A stretch of 64,000 nucleotides of DNA from Vicugna vicugna (lineage: Eukaryota). Of the stretch, positions 12,831-25,320 are shown piece after piece; position 1 is the stretch's first letter, and each line of letters starts with the position of its first letter. Under the pieces are notes generated by a model, which was not told the DNA's origin, ran no database searches, and saw only the letters and a program-made list of their open reading frames with translations. The position numbers and the translations under genes are program-made. The DNA lies in the NCBI GenBank assembly GCA_013265495.1, contig MU058463.1:1883523-1947522 (forward strand). Reading direction: 5' to 3'.

Positions 12831-14013
12831 AATATGGGGTTGTGTAGTTATCCAAAGTTCAGATGAGGAAAAGGATTTGGAGATCAATGGTTTTCCCTAA
12901 GGATACCCAGAAAATAAATGCTGAAACCCTAGGACTTGAGATTTTGACTGCTAATACAAGTTCCTTTCTACATTCTACTGAGCTACACATGTATTCTGAT
13001 GGGCAAAGACACCTTAATGATGCTTGAGATGAGTGAGAATCCAACTCATCAGATGATTGCTTTTGCCTTTAGGTAGACTGATAAACTTCAAAGCAGTTAG
13101 CATCTACAGTTGCTAAGCTGAGATCGGAGTGACACTGGTGACCTGCCAAAAGAGAACTGTTGGCAACAGGCTTTGAGAGTTGCCCTTCATCAGCAATCTT
13201 TCCTTTAACCAGCAAGGTCCCCCCTGCCTGTACCTGAATTGCCCTCTCAAAACAAGTAGCCAGTGTCATCTTTCTCTTGAATTGGCTGGCACTTCTGTGA
13301 TATCAGTTATCACATGATATTCCAAAAGGCAATTGTGATCTCTAGCTTCAAGCTCTTGGCAATCTGCTTGGAGAAAATAAAATTTGATGTTAAGTGCCTG
13401 GCAGTTTCTATCATAGCTGGACTGAACAGAAGGGTCCTTATATCACCTGGAATATCCCTGAGTACTGCATAAATGTTATTCAATATTTAAACTGGGTGAG
13501 AAGTCACAGAATCTCAGGTTTCACAAAAGCAGAGCTTCAACTATCAAAGCTATCAGGATCTTGGGAGTTACTTAGATTACTCATCTTATTTTGTAAGTAG
13601 AGAATTTATCACCATCTGTGAGGGCAGAGGAAGAAGCAACTGGAGCTAGGATTTCGTTGGCTAACTTGTTTTAGGGAACTGTAGAAGTAAATGGATGCTT
13701 GGTGAACACCAACTGTATGAGAGACAGCATGCATTTTCCAAATGCATGTTGAAGTTCCTTCTTATAAATCCAAGCTACGCCAGCATTGCTTCATAAGTAA
13801 GCATCCCAACCCTCAGAAATGTTGGGCACCAATAGAAAGGCAGTAAGTGCAGCAGCCCTTCCTTTCCTTTTTTGCTCTAACCACACCCCAGTCAGGTGCC
13901 ACTGTCCATCGGCTTCTCTGGTCCATTTTTCACAATGTCATCACCGACTATGACCTTCCTAAGGCACCATTTCCCTTTGGGAAACAGTCCAACAAAGCAA
14001 TTCATAATCTACC

Positions 14014-14359
14014 TGCTATAGACTGAATATTTGTGTCTCTCTAAAATCCACATGTTGAAGTTTGGACCCCCAGTGTGATCGTATTAGGAGGTGGGGCCTC
14101 TGAGAGGTGAGAGTAGAGTCCTCATGAATAAGACTAGCCAAACAGATCCCAAAGAGCTCTCTCTTCCCTTTCACCAGGTGAGGACACAATGAGAAGATGG
14201 TCGTCTCTGAACCAGGAAGTCGGGCTCTCACCAGACGTCAAATCTGCTGGTGCCTTGACCTTGGACTTCCTAGTGTCCAGAACCATGAGAAATAAAATTC
14301 TGTTGTTTAAGCCCCCAGTCTATGGGATTCTGTTCTAGCAGCCTGGACAGACTACGACA
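14014..14359 (+). mobile_element. MaLR solo LTR (MLT1A/MLT1A0-like)
   Basis: 'tgctatagactgaatatttgtgtc' start; internal AATAAA; 'gcagcctggacagactacgaca' end. Confidence 0.9.
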
Positions 14360-14878
14360 TTCCCTGTGTTTTTCTAATATTGTGTCTTCCCCTCTCCCCA
14401 TCCTGACTGTCCATCTCTCTCGGTTGCCCTCTGTCACTATCACCAGTCCTGCTTTTGGCTTGGAGAGTGGCAAGAATGCCAGGACTTTGGGAACAATTAA
14501 TGTGCTCTCTATTGAATCTATTTCAAATAAAGGCTAACAAGTATTCTGGAGAACAAAATGACACACTCATCGGAGTGATGCAGCGGAGGCTTTTCTCCAG
14601 GATGCGCCTATCTTCAGTTCACAAGCCTTCTCCCTCCAGCTACTTATTCAGCCCAGGGTGCATGCTTTCCCAGTGGTCTTCCATTCACAGCTCCAGCCGG
14701 ATGAAAGATGATGGGGAGAGACTGGTCCAAGGGGTCAGTCTTCCAGAAGGAAGAAAAAGAAAGTGGCTCTGATGTTTGATATCACCACCTAACAAAGACC
14801 TACAGCTGTTTGGTGTGGCTAGAAGAATATGATTTTTCCTGAGTGACCTGTCAAACAGGTCTCATTACTCCATAGCAT

Positions 14879-14894
14879 CTCTCTCTCTCTTTCT

Positions 14895-14951
<57 letters not shown>
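14879..14951. repeat. (CT)n + (AT)n microsatellite
   Basis: Seen directly. Confidence 0.95.
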
Positions 14952-16103
14952 CCATAAGATAATTCCTTTCCCAGCCCCAGAGAAGGTGGTGGAACAGCCT
15001 GACTCTCTCTCCTTCCTCCTATCCTTAAACTGCAAGACACTATTCATGTGTGTCTTTTCTCTTTCAAGGCTTCCCTTGATGTTCAGCATAACCTGAGCTC
15101 ATCTGGATAAAAGCAGAAGTTAGGAGAAGGCACTCAGAGAATCACAATCCTGAGTCCAGAGCCTCCAGGGAGGAGCCAGGCTGCAAAGCTTACCAAGGAA
15201 AGTTATCCGATAGAATTTAAGAAACAGAATTTTCACCAGCCTGGGTAGAAAGAGAAAATGCGAGCACGCTGCTTCTCACTGAAAGCATAGAACACTGGCA
15301 CAAAAAGTCTTGCTTTCTGTTTAATAAATTAAAGAAATAAACTCACATGGAACCTCGAGCTGAGTGACCACATCATAATTCACTCACTGTATGTGATGAA
15401 TAAATCACCTGTTTTATGATTGAGACATTCCCAGAAGTAACATTAAAGTAATGAAATCATTAGGGATTGTTCTTTCAAGAGAAAGATGGTGCTACTGACC
15501 CACCACTAGCAGTCAGAAATGTTTTCAGCAGTGAACAAGGATTTGAAACATAACAAATGAGAATGAATTCAAAGTGCTGACCCATAGCTGTGAAGCAGAG
15601 AACGTCCCACAGAAGGTTTAGCCCCGTTAGTGGGTGTTCTCAGCCATCATCGCTGCCACAGCAATTCCCATTCTGATACACAGAAAAAGGAGTCCACAGG
15701 TTTGATGAAACCTCAGAATGATTAGTGCTTGATGTCTCTCCACCATACACACAAAAACAGTTTTGCCATGGCAATCCTTCCAAAAAAATGTACAGCTGTG
15801 TAAGTGATAAAATCATACATCGAAATAATATATACACACAATGTTGTACTAAAGCATGCAGAGAAAAGGGAAATAGTATGGCTAATTTTTAAAGAAAATA
15901 TTTCAAATATTTTCAAACAATCTCAATATTTCTAGATTGCATTCTTTGGGTAATAGTAAGTTGGACAAATATGTATTGTAGCATAAGCAGAGGTGAAAGG
16001 TCTTTTACTGGTTAACATTTTAACATGGTGGGGTGAACTTTTGCTTTTGGCTGTGAGGGAGTAGTTTGTATTAGACTCATTCTCTGAGAGAACAACTGTA
16101 AAA

Positions 16104-16105
<2 letters not shown>

Positions 16106-16136
<31 letters not shown>
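16106..16136. repeat. (TG)n microsatellite
   Basis: Seen directly. Confidence 0.95.
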
Positions 16137-16138
<2 letters not shown>

Positions 16139-16349
16139 CAAAGAGAAAACTGAACATTACAGAAAGAAACCAATGCAGCCAGGACGTGAAGATACTAGAC
16201 CCCGAATTCTTAAATTTCACCAGGATGCCAGAGAGAAGGGAGATACGTTGAGGTGAGCACCACCAGATCTTGGGGGAATAGGCTGACTTTGGGCACAGAG
16301 CATGCAAACAAAACAGAAAACAGTGGCATAGGGTTTATAGTGTTCTCAC

Positions 16350-18480
16350 TGTATTGCAGAGATAAAAATCAAAGCTTTAATTGGGGAAATGAGAAAATAT
16401 TTGGAAATGAGTGACATGTGTGCAATGTAGAAAGAGAAATGTTAAGGAGGAAATTTTTAAGCCCTAAGTATATTTACTAGAAAAGGGAGAAAAAAAGCTA
16501 AAAATCACTGATCTAAGCATCTGAATCAAAAATCTAGAAGAAAGAAGAAATTAAACATAAATAAAAAGGATGAGAAGAAAAAAGCAACTTAAACAAATCA
16601 GTTTTAAAAAAACACTCAATTAGAAAAATTAAAAAGGCTAAAGTTGGTTCCTTGAAAATATTAATACAAGTTATATATCTCCAGAAATACAGATAAAAAT
16701 AGAGAGAAGGGAATATTAGAAATAAATTATTAATATCAGGAATAAAAGGGAACATCACTGTACACATTAAAATATAGTAAAAGGAGGTCATAATACCTTT
16801 ATCAGTTAATTTCATATATTGATAAATACATTTCTTGGAAAGAACACAACTTATCCAAAGTGATTTAAATAAAGAAATAGAAGGTCCAAAAAATGTTATT
16901 ATTTATGAAAGATTGATTTCAAAATTTAAAATCATCCCACAAAGAAAACTCTGGGCCCAGATGCTTCAAAAGAAAATCATTCTAAACACTTTACAGAGAA
17001 GTAATTTTAATCTTACACAAACTTTCTTAGAGTCTAGATATAGGGGAAATACTTCTCAACTCACGTAATGAGGCCATGATAATCTTGACAGCAACACCAG
17101 GCAAAGACATAAAAAAAGAAAATTATAGATCAGTCTTTCTTGTGAACAGAGACACAAGCATACTAAATAAAATCATTGCACATTGAGCCCAACAATACAG
17201 AAAAGTATAATACATCTTCACAAAATTAGACTTAAACCAACAATGCAAGTTTGATTTATCACTCAAAAATCAATTACTATAATTCAGTTAACCAATTCAT
17301 TACAACTTAAGGAAAAAAAGCAAGTAGCCATTTCAATAAATGAAAAAACACCAAGCAAATAGAAACATTACAGCCATTCATGATCAAAACAAAACAAAGC
17401 AACAACAAATTCTTTTCAGGAAAAATAGACGTGGAAAGAAATTTCTTTAACAATAAAAGAGTTTCTTCAAAGAAAACTTATAGCAAACATCATATTTAAT
17501 GAAATATTGGAAAATTACTTCCTGAGATACTCAGGCTATAAGGATGGCCCCATTGCCATTTTCATTTAGCCTCCTGGAAGTCCTTCCAATGCAATAAGGC
17601 AAGAAAGAGAAATAAAATATATACAGATTATAGAGGAGACATGAGACTCTACATAGAAAATCTAGAAAATACACTGTTAGAATCAATAAATGACTTTATC
17701 AAAGTCAGTAGAATAAAGTTAATAAACTAACTTGTACTCATAAAACACCAACAAATAATTATAAAATAAAGTTAATATCAAAAATTAAGTAGTAGTATAT
17801 CTAACAGTAGTGAGTAGGAAGGAAAATTATAATACATTACAGAAAGAAATTAAAGAAGACCTCAACCAATGCAGCACATACTGTGTCCATGAATTAGATG
17901 ACAATAGTGTAGGAAAATCATTTCTCTCCAGATTGATTTATAAATTCCATGCACTCCTAGTCAAAATCTCAACAGGTATTTTTGCAAAGTTTGAAAAGCT
18001 TACATCAATGTGGAAATGTTAAAGATCAAGAACAGCCATGATGGCCTTGACGAAGAAAAACCAAGTTTATTATATTATTGATTAAATGATAAATAATAAA
18101 CGTACTGAACAAAATATTATAGAAACAAACCCATATATCTACAAATACTCCATTGATGACAAAGCATCATCCCATGCAGTGGAAATGATAGTTCCTTTTG
18201 CTTCTCCCCTCCCCCCACCGTAAGTGGCACTGTATGAATTGACTATCCAGAAAGGGAAACAAAAATGAACCTTGAATTTGACCTCACTATCTTATGTCAT
18301 CTACAAAAATTACCTCCAGATGGAACAGATTTCAGCATAAAGAGTAAAATAATACATTTTCTGGAAAATAATATAAGAGAATGTATTCATGAGCTTAGGA
18401 TAGGCAAAGATTTTTTAGACAGGACACAAAAACACTATTCATAAGAAACTGATAGATAAGTAGGACTTTATTAACTGAAG
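16350..18480 (+). mobile_element. Old L1M ORF2 fragment (decayed, many stops and frameshifts)
   Basis: A-rich strand; ORF-track peptides 'NYNTLQKEIKEDLNQ...LSRLIYKFHALLVKISTGIF' and 'KIIPQRKLWAQM' resemble L1 ORF2. Confidence 0.85.
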
Positions 18481-19308
18481 AACAGCTGGATCATTGATGC
18501 TAGCCCCTTCCATGTTTTAAAAGGAGCTAGAATATCCAATTTTTAAAGTTCGTAACTATTGAAAATTTTCAAAAACTAGCATATGAGTAAACTAACTGCA
18601 TCTAATTAACAGAAGCCTTGTGGTCTGAAAAAAGAATCAGATATAACCATTTCAACAACATGGAGTCCCTCAGTAGTGATGGAAGAGGTAATTACTTGAT
18701 CGTAATTCAGTTAATCCTGTTTCAAGTGATGTAGTAGTGGGCTAATTCTGTTACACAGAAAATGTTTTAAAATTCAAAAGCAGTTTACAAGGGAAAAGTT
18801 AATCAAAATGTCTGTGAACATCTGGCTTCACTCTTTCCTTAGTTAGACTTTTCAGAAGTGCAGTTTTCACAGAACTAACCCATCGAGACGACGCAGCCTA
18901 AAATTGGAACCAAGTAAACACTGAAAGACTATCAGAGAAAAAGCACATGAGTCAATGAAACACATACAGAGATTCTTTCTCAGAGAACTAAGACCAGAGG
19001 AATGTATTCAGTGTTTATCATGGAAGTTGGACTTTAGAGCCTTATCTTACATTATTTCCTATAGTTAATAGATCATGTTATTAAACTGTTTGTATATTGG
19101 GGGAAAGGAGACCTAATTCCAAGAATAAGAACAGAATAAGAACAGTAGCCCACCATCCAGAAGCCATGAGTTATTCAAACCCATAAGTACAAATTAATCA
19201 GCCCCCAAAGTGAGACTGTGCAATTTTTAAAAAGAAAAAAAAAAGGACTTCATTTCCTCGCCTTTATAAAGCAAAAAGGCTGAGCTGCAAGATGGTAGGT
19301 CCAGCAGA

Positions 19309-19474
19309 CGGGACTGGCTGCATTATTTGCGGGGACCAGTGCAAAATGGAAATGCAGGGCTCCTTGTTCAAAAGTGATTGAGTCTCAATGATCGGCCATA
19401 GGAGAGCATTAAACCAAGTGCAGGGCCCTTCTGGGCCCTGGGCCTTGAGTAACTGCCCGAAGAGGCTGACACTG
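19309..19474 (-). mobile_element. MER45A-like non-autonomous hAT (Tip100) DNA transposon
   Basis: 'attatttgcggggaccagtgcaaaatggaaatgcagggctccttgttcaaaa...agagcattaaaccaagtgcagggcccttctg' matches the reverse complement of MER45A as I recall it. Confidence 0.8.
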
Positions 19475-21086
19475 TTTGCAGGCAAAGATTATACACGAAA
19501 ATCAGGCTTTTCTTCCACACTTGCCTCCGGGGAGAATCACCGTCAGCAGCGCTGCCCGTGACCGCGGTGAACTGCACTGTGAAAGTTTGGGCTCGGCGAG
19601 CTTTCCACGTGAGGTGGAACGGGGTAGAATCCTCACACGGAGTCTCACTGGGCTTTCCCTTCTGAAAATGATAGCTGGCTGATTCAAGGCTGTGACTTTT
19701 AGAATTCATTCCCATTTCTGTTTCCAGTCGCGTGTTCCTTAGACTGTCCAGAAAGCAAGCATTGTATGCGTGATGATTTTTTTTTTCTCATGTCCCAGTA
19801 AGCTTTCAAACTCGGCCAATCAGAAATGACATGTGCATAATATCTAGCTTGCTTTAATTTCATCAGTTAATGAAAAGAGTGAGACTATTTGGAATATGTA
19901 ATACAGAGCAGCAGAATGCCATTACGTGAAAGGGTATAAACTGGTTTCAGCAGTGTGCTCCATCCTGCACTTTATCTGCATGGATTTCTTCCAGGAGATA
20001 AACTTCTCAATCAGATTTTTTGTGTGTGTGAGTTGTAGCTGTCCTGTCAGGTTGTATGTCAAAATTGCAGGTGAATTTCCCCCTCTTGAGTCTGCTAAAC
20101 TGGAAAAGGGCTTACAAAGCAAAACGTCTTAGATGTTTTATTCATTCTAGGCAATTTCTTAAAAAAATGGTAAAAATACTTTTCTCCTGCTGAACACAAA
20201 ATACCCATCTCCTCATATGTTCCCCTAAAGATCCAACAAAGCACAGACTTTTTGTTTTATCCAAAGGACATAAAATGTACATTTCAAGTTACATCTCAGG
20301 GTATAATTTGCTATTTCTTACCATTAAGAAACACATTTCCAAAATCAATATCTACTTCTATTTAGATTTCTTGGAAGGGAAGAATGAAATTGAATATGAG
20401 CAAATGTGACTGGTAATGAAGAGTGAGAAAGGGGTATTTGTACTTTATCTTCTGCAGTCCATCCTGTGAAATAATAATGAAGCCAGGGGACTGATAATGA
20501 TCATTGGCTTTTATGTGCTAGGGAACCACCACCTCTGATGGTAGAAACCACTAAGGCAGAGTGACTGCAGCAGGCGGAAGCAGAGCACCCTTATGCATAA
20601 TTTAGGGACGGTATGTTTCAGGGCGGGGGTGGGTTGCATCCAGATGTGTTCAAAGTGAAGAGCTAGCGCTCTGTAATGTAAAATTAACACTCGTCTTAGC
20701 TGAGGTTTTAAGGAGTGCATAAAGAGGCAGCAGCACAGTCCTTACATTTTAGATTATTCTACTTCTCACCATCTTTCACTTACTTTAAAATATTTTCAAT
20801 GTTGGATATTAGGTTGACAGCATTCCTATCTTACACCCTTTTCTTTCATGTGACTGGGTAAGCTCAAAAAATAAAAGACCCTCTTTATCTGCTTGGGGAC
20901 CTTCCCACTGCATCTAGAAAGTCATTTTCCATTATTATTCCTTTAACCAGCTTCCTTCACTTGTGCTGATATTCTTAGTTTCTCACCTGGAATATTTTAA
21001 TGAACTTGATTGCCCTAGCTCCAGCCTTCTCCCTTTCTGATCTGTCACTCAGATAATTTCGAGGTTCTCTTTTCAAAATGCATATG

Positions 21087-21606
21087 TCAAACAGTTTATA
21101 CAACTCAACGTAAAAAAAAAATCAAACAACCCAATTAAAAAATGAGCAGAACTGAAGAGACATTTTTCCAAAGAGGCATTGCAGATGGCCAATAGGCACA
21201 TGAAAAGATGCTCAACATCACTAATCATCAGGGAAATGCAAATCAGAACCATGATGAGATGTCACCTCAGGATGCCAGTCAGGATGGCAACCATCAAAAA
21301 GAACACAAATAAATGTTGGTGAGAACATGGAGAAAAGGGAACCCGCATACACTGTTGGTGGGAATGTAAATTGGCACAGCCACTGTGGAGAACAGTACGG
21401 AGGTTTCTCAAAAAACTAAAAATAGAACTACCATATGACCCAGCAATCCCACTCCTGGGTATACATCAAAAAAACCCAAAAACACTAATTGGAAAGATAC
21501 ATACTTCCCAATGTTTACAGCACCATTCTTTACAATCACCAAGGTATGGAAGCAAACTTAATGTCCATCAACAGATAACTGGATAAAGAAGATGTGGTAT
21601 ATACAT

Positions 21607-21645
<39 letters not shown>

Positions 21646-22001
21646 AATATTACACAGCCATATAAAAGAATGAAAGTTTGCAACTTGCAGTAAGATGGCT
21701 GGACTTGGAGGGCATTATGCTAAGTCAAATAAGTAAGACAGAGAAAGGCAAATACTATATGATGTCACTTACAGGTGGAATCTAAAAAATACAACAAACT
21801 AGTGAATAAAACAAAAAAGAAGCAGACTCACAGATACAAAGAACCAACTAGTGGATACCAGTGGGGAGAGGGAAAAGGGAAAGGGCAATATAGGGGAGGG
21901 GGGAAAAGGGTTATTATGGGTTACATGAAAGCATGTGTGTGAAACTTTTGAAAATTGTAAACCAGTATAGAATTTAAAGAATCTTCCATTCAATAATTAA
22001 A
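21087..22001 (+). mobile_element. Lineage-specific (cetartiodactyl-type) L1, 5'-truncated: ORF2 C-terminus + 3'UTR
   Basis: Peptide '[29 protein letters not shown]'; G-rich 3'UTR; TSD core aaaatgca at 21075 and 22002. Confidence 0.92.
21609..21643. repeat. (CA)n microsatellite inside the L1
   Basis: Seen directly. Confidence 0.95.
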
Positions 22002-24619
22002 AAAATGCAAGTATCATCATGTCATTTTTCTGGTTCATAGGATAAAATCTTGGCTGCCATGTAGATTCAAAGGAAGCCAGCAGAGTCCCAGAGGCCAAGG
22101 CAAGGAAGGGAAGGCTTGGCCAAATCCATGTATGTCTAATTTCCCACCCCACCCTGGAGCACCAAAGGTTAACCCCAGTGCTCATCGATACTTAAATTTG
22201 AATGTCTTGTCTTAGATTTAGAGGCTCTTAGCTGTGCACTACACTCTAACTAATCAGACTTACTACCTAATCTAACTCTGATCTAGAGATTGCTCAGTAT
22301 TTCTGGGTCATACCTGGCTCACCTCTATCTCTGTTCTAATCCAAGGAAACACACTTTCCAGGAAAAAAGATTCTGAGCTGAGCTAAGGACAGAGATGGAG
22401 TTTTTACTGATGAATACTAGGTGGCCCTCAGGGGAAGAAGATAAAGCAGTCTGCTCAGACTAGCTCAAATTCTAGGTGTAAACTAAGGCACAATAGAAGT
22501 TCAATGGTTCACATGTGTCCATGCCACGTCGACAGGTTGAAGGTTTCACTGGGATTAATCAATTGTGTGTTTGAAATATCCCTTCTGCATATACCACTAG
22601 GGATCTAGCCTGGATTTCTCTTTATAAATTTGGAAATTCAGAATCCTGACATACCTCTTTCCACCAAGTTTCACTAACAAAGACTATCTACGTCACATCA
22701 GTAGGAATTTGAATGGTTTTTCTAACCACGTTAAATGAATTCAGTAAACAGAAAATAGGCACAACCCAAAAGGAGAAATCACATTACCTACAACTGAATT
22801 TTATAAGCTTTCTTTTCCAAAATCATATATTTAATATAGTACTTATGTTAAGACTGAGCAGAAGGATATTGAATCTCTGAAAGATCTTAACAAATTATGT
22901 AAACCTCACTTTATTTGCAGTGTGGAGCCAAGCATTTCCTATTAATGAAAGATTTCTTTACCAAATTCCCATAATAAAGCCATTTATGGTATTTTCTAAA
23001 CGAACGGAGCTACGTCAGTCCTCAATGCCATGCTGTCGCCTTGTAGCCTTAGGAGATTTTTCATATTCCACAAGGGATTTCATTTAAGAACTAGTCTTTT
23101 AACAATTATGTCTTTCTTAATATTGTAACAACTTTACAGATCTCTTGGGGTGCAGTGGTGCACTGAAGCCTCTTCAAGCTTCACAAAAATGGATATAAAA
23201 CCTCTCAGAACTATTCCCAGCACCAGATTAATCCTTCATGGTAGAAACTTACATCACGTGATCACAGAAAACATCACTTTCTTAGTAGCACGTTAGGATT
23301 TCTGTATAAACCATATCTTCTTTTGTTTTCTTTATTTTCTTTCAAGGGAAGAAATTTAAAAATGAAAAAAAACCCCAAAAAACCCAACCTATAGTCCTTG
23401 GTAGCAGTTGAATAGCTGACAAGAAGAAGACTTCTTAAGCACGAGCTACTCGTTTTGACATGAAAATGGTCCATCAGAATGTGCACTCTGATTCAACGCG
23501 TGGACAGATACAGTTTCCCCTGATGCTTTTTGGCGAGACTTCACAAGGAACTTGTCTTCATCATTTCAGTCACTTAAAAATGAACAAAAGCCAATGCAAT
23601 TGAGGCAGCAGCGCTCACAGTTCTGACAAATAGATAAAATGTTTCTTTGCTAGATTTGTACAAAACTGTAAAAACGTTTCTGACATGCTTCCGTGTGTGC
23701 ATGCCCGCACTCTCACCAGGAAATCCAGCTCCAACTTGGTGCTTCTACAGCTCCTCTAATCTCTCCTCCCTCTTTCTGGCATTAGCATGTTTTCCGTGAC
23801 GGCAGTGTGAGTTCTTCTAAGTGAAGGTGCTGACATCTGCAGTAGTTTCAGGGCCCTTCTTCCTGGTGTCTCAATATTTTTGGAACGCGTGGCTGCCAAA
23901 ACCCCCCGACCACAGAAATCACAAGATGGACTTAGGCTTTAAAAGTCTGACCAAAAATAATTTTAGGCCCTGATGAAAGGCCTCAGTCCAATCACAGCTC
24001 CCTGTCCAATGTGTTTGCTAAGATCCTATGTAGACAGGATTTGGTACCCTAAAGGTATATAACAAAGGCTATAAGAGAATAAAATGCACGATGTCAATGG
24101 CTAGGTTTTGAATCACTAATTCTATTGGATTTACGAGTCAGTCAGTGCAGATGGTCCAAGAATAAAATTCCAGCCAGTACCAATATGAAAATAAAACATA
24201 ATTAATTTAAAAATTATAGAGGAAAAGACAGGTGTGGGACATATTCTGGGTGTCCACTTTGACCAGACTGACCAGACTCATGTGTCCTGTTTGCAATTAA
24301 GACCCCAAGAGTTTCCTGACAATATGATGAGGAAAATCATGGAAATGATAATTACTGTCATCTCTGAGAACATAAAGGTCACTGAGATGGACACCCTTGA
24401 GCAGAAGGTGAGGCGAGGTCCATCCACCAATAGGAGCCATGGCCTGCAAGGAGCTCGCCCTGAGATAAGAAGACTCAAGTTGCCTGAGTTCTCTCCTGGG
24501 GGTGGTGGTACAACACTTTGCAAATACACTCCGCCTTATTTAAAATGTAAAAACTGTGTTTTTAACTAAAAAGCAATACTTCCCAGAATGTTTATTCTAA
24601 ATTAAGAACCAAATATGCT

Positions 24620-25320
24620 TTTCTCAGATTAAACTCATTGCATGGCTCTCCATGGCCTGCAGGGTGGAACCAGACTTTTCAGGGCTCGGCCCTCCATCAC
24701 TTCTCCACCTCCATGTCTCCCCTCCACCCCCACTTCCTGCCATGTACTCCTATTCCACTGAATTTCTTGCTTTTCCTCAAATATCTGTAAGCTTTTCTGA
24801 CTTCAGGGATTTTCCTCATGCTCCTCATCTGCCTTGAAAGTCCTCTTCATTCTTCTCTTGTCCAAGTGCTATCCATTCCTTAGGGCTTAGGTCAGGCACC
24901 ATCTTCCTAGAAGTCTTCTCGGCTGCCCTCAGTCTGGTAGGGCCCCTGATGCTGCCTGCCCTTCATGTCCTGCACGCACTGCTAGTTCATCCCTTGTCAC
25001 AAGCAGCCAGCATGTCATGCAGCTCCCTCGCTGGCCTCACTTGTCAAGGGCTGCACCAGGAGACTATTCCCATGACCCTGGGCATGTCATGAAACCATTC
25101 TTCGCCTCAGTTTCTTTACCTGTAAAATGAAGATAATGACAATAGCTGCTTTGTTAGGTCGTTGCCAGGATCAAATGGGTTATAGCAAGTGTTCAGAAGA
25201 ATGCCTGGCAAGCGTGAGTGCGGTATAGATGTTAGTTATTGTTATTTGAATTCCAAATATCTAGTACACACCTGGCACAGGCTGGAGACCCAGAAATCGC
25301 TGATTAAATAAATGAAGGTT
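24620..25320 (+). mobile_element. L2 3' region with a nested MIR
   Basis: 'ttttcctcatgctcctcatctgccttgaaagtcctctt'; terminus 'atctagtacacacctggcacag...gattaaataaatgaa'. Confidence 0.7.
25060..25245 (+). mobile_element. MIR SINE inside L2
   Basis: 'tgaccctgggcatgtcat...gcctcagtttctttacctgtaaaatgaagataatgacaatag'. Confidence 0.85.

Larger units (their letters stand above)
20980..22060 (+). mobile_element. L2 fragment (about 20980-21080 and 22010-22060) interrupted by an L1
   Basis: 'tctcacctggaatattttaatgaac...ctccagccttctcccctttc' continues after the L1 as 'tcatgtcattt...aggataaaatc'. Confidence 0.5.

Noticed and set aside
13080..13300. Several short stem-loops suggesting a structured ncRNA
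   Set aside because: Stems only 6-8 bp; no snoRNA boxes, tRNA fold or long miRNA-type hairpin evident
19548..19571. REST/NRSE-like half site GCGCTGCCCGTG
   Set aside because: Second half-site is mismatched and mis-spaced
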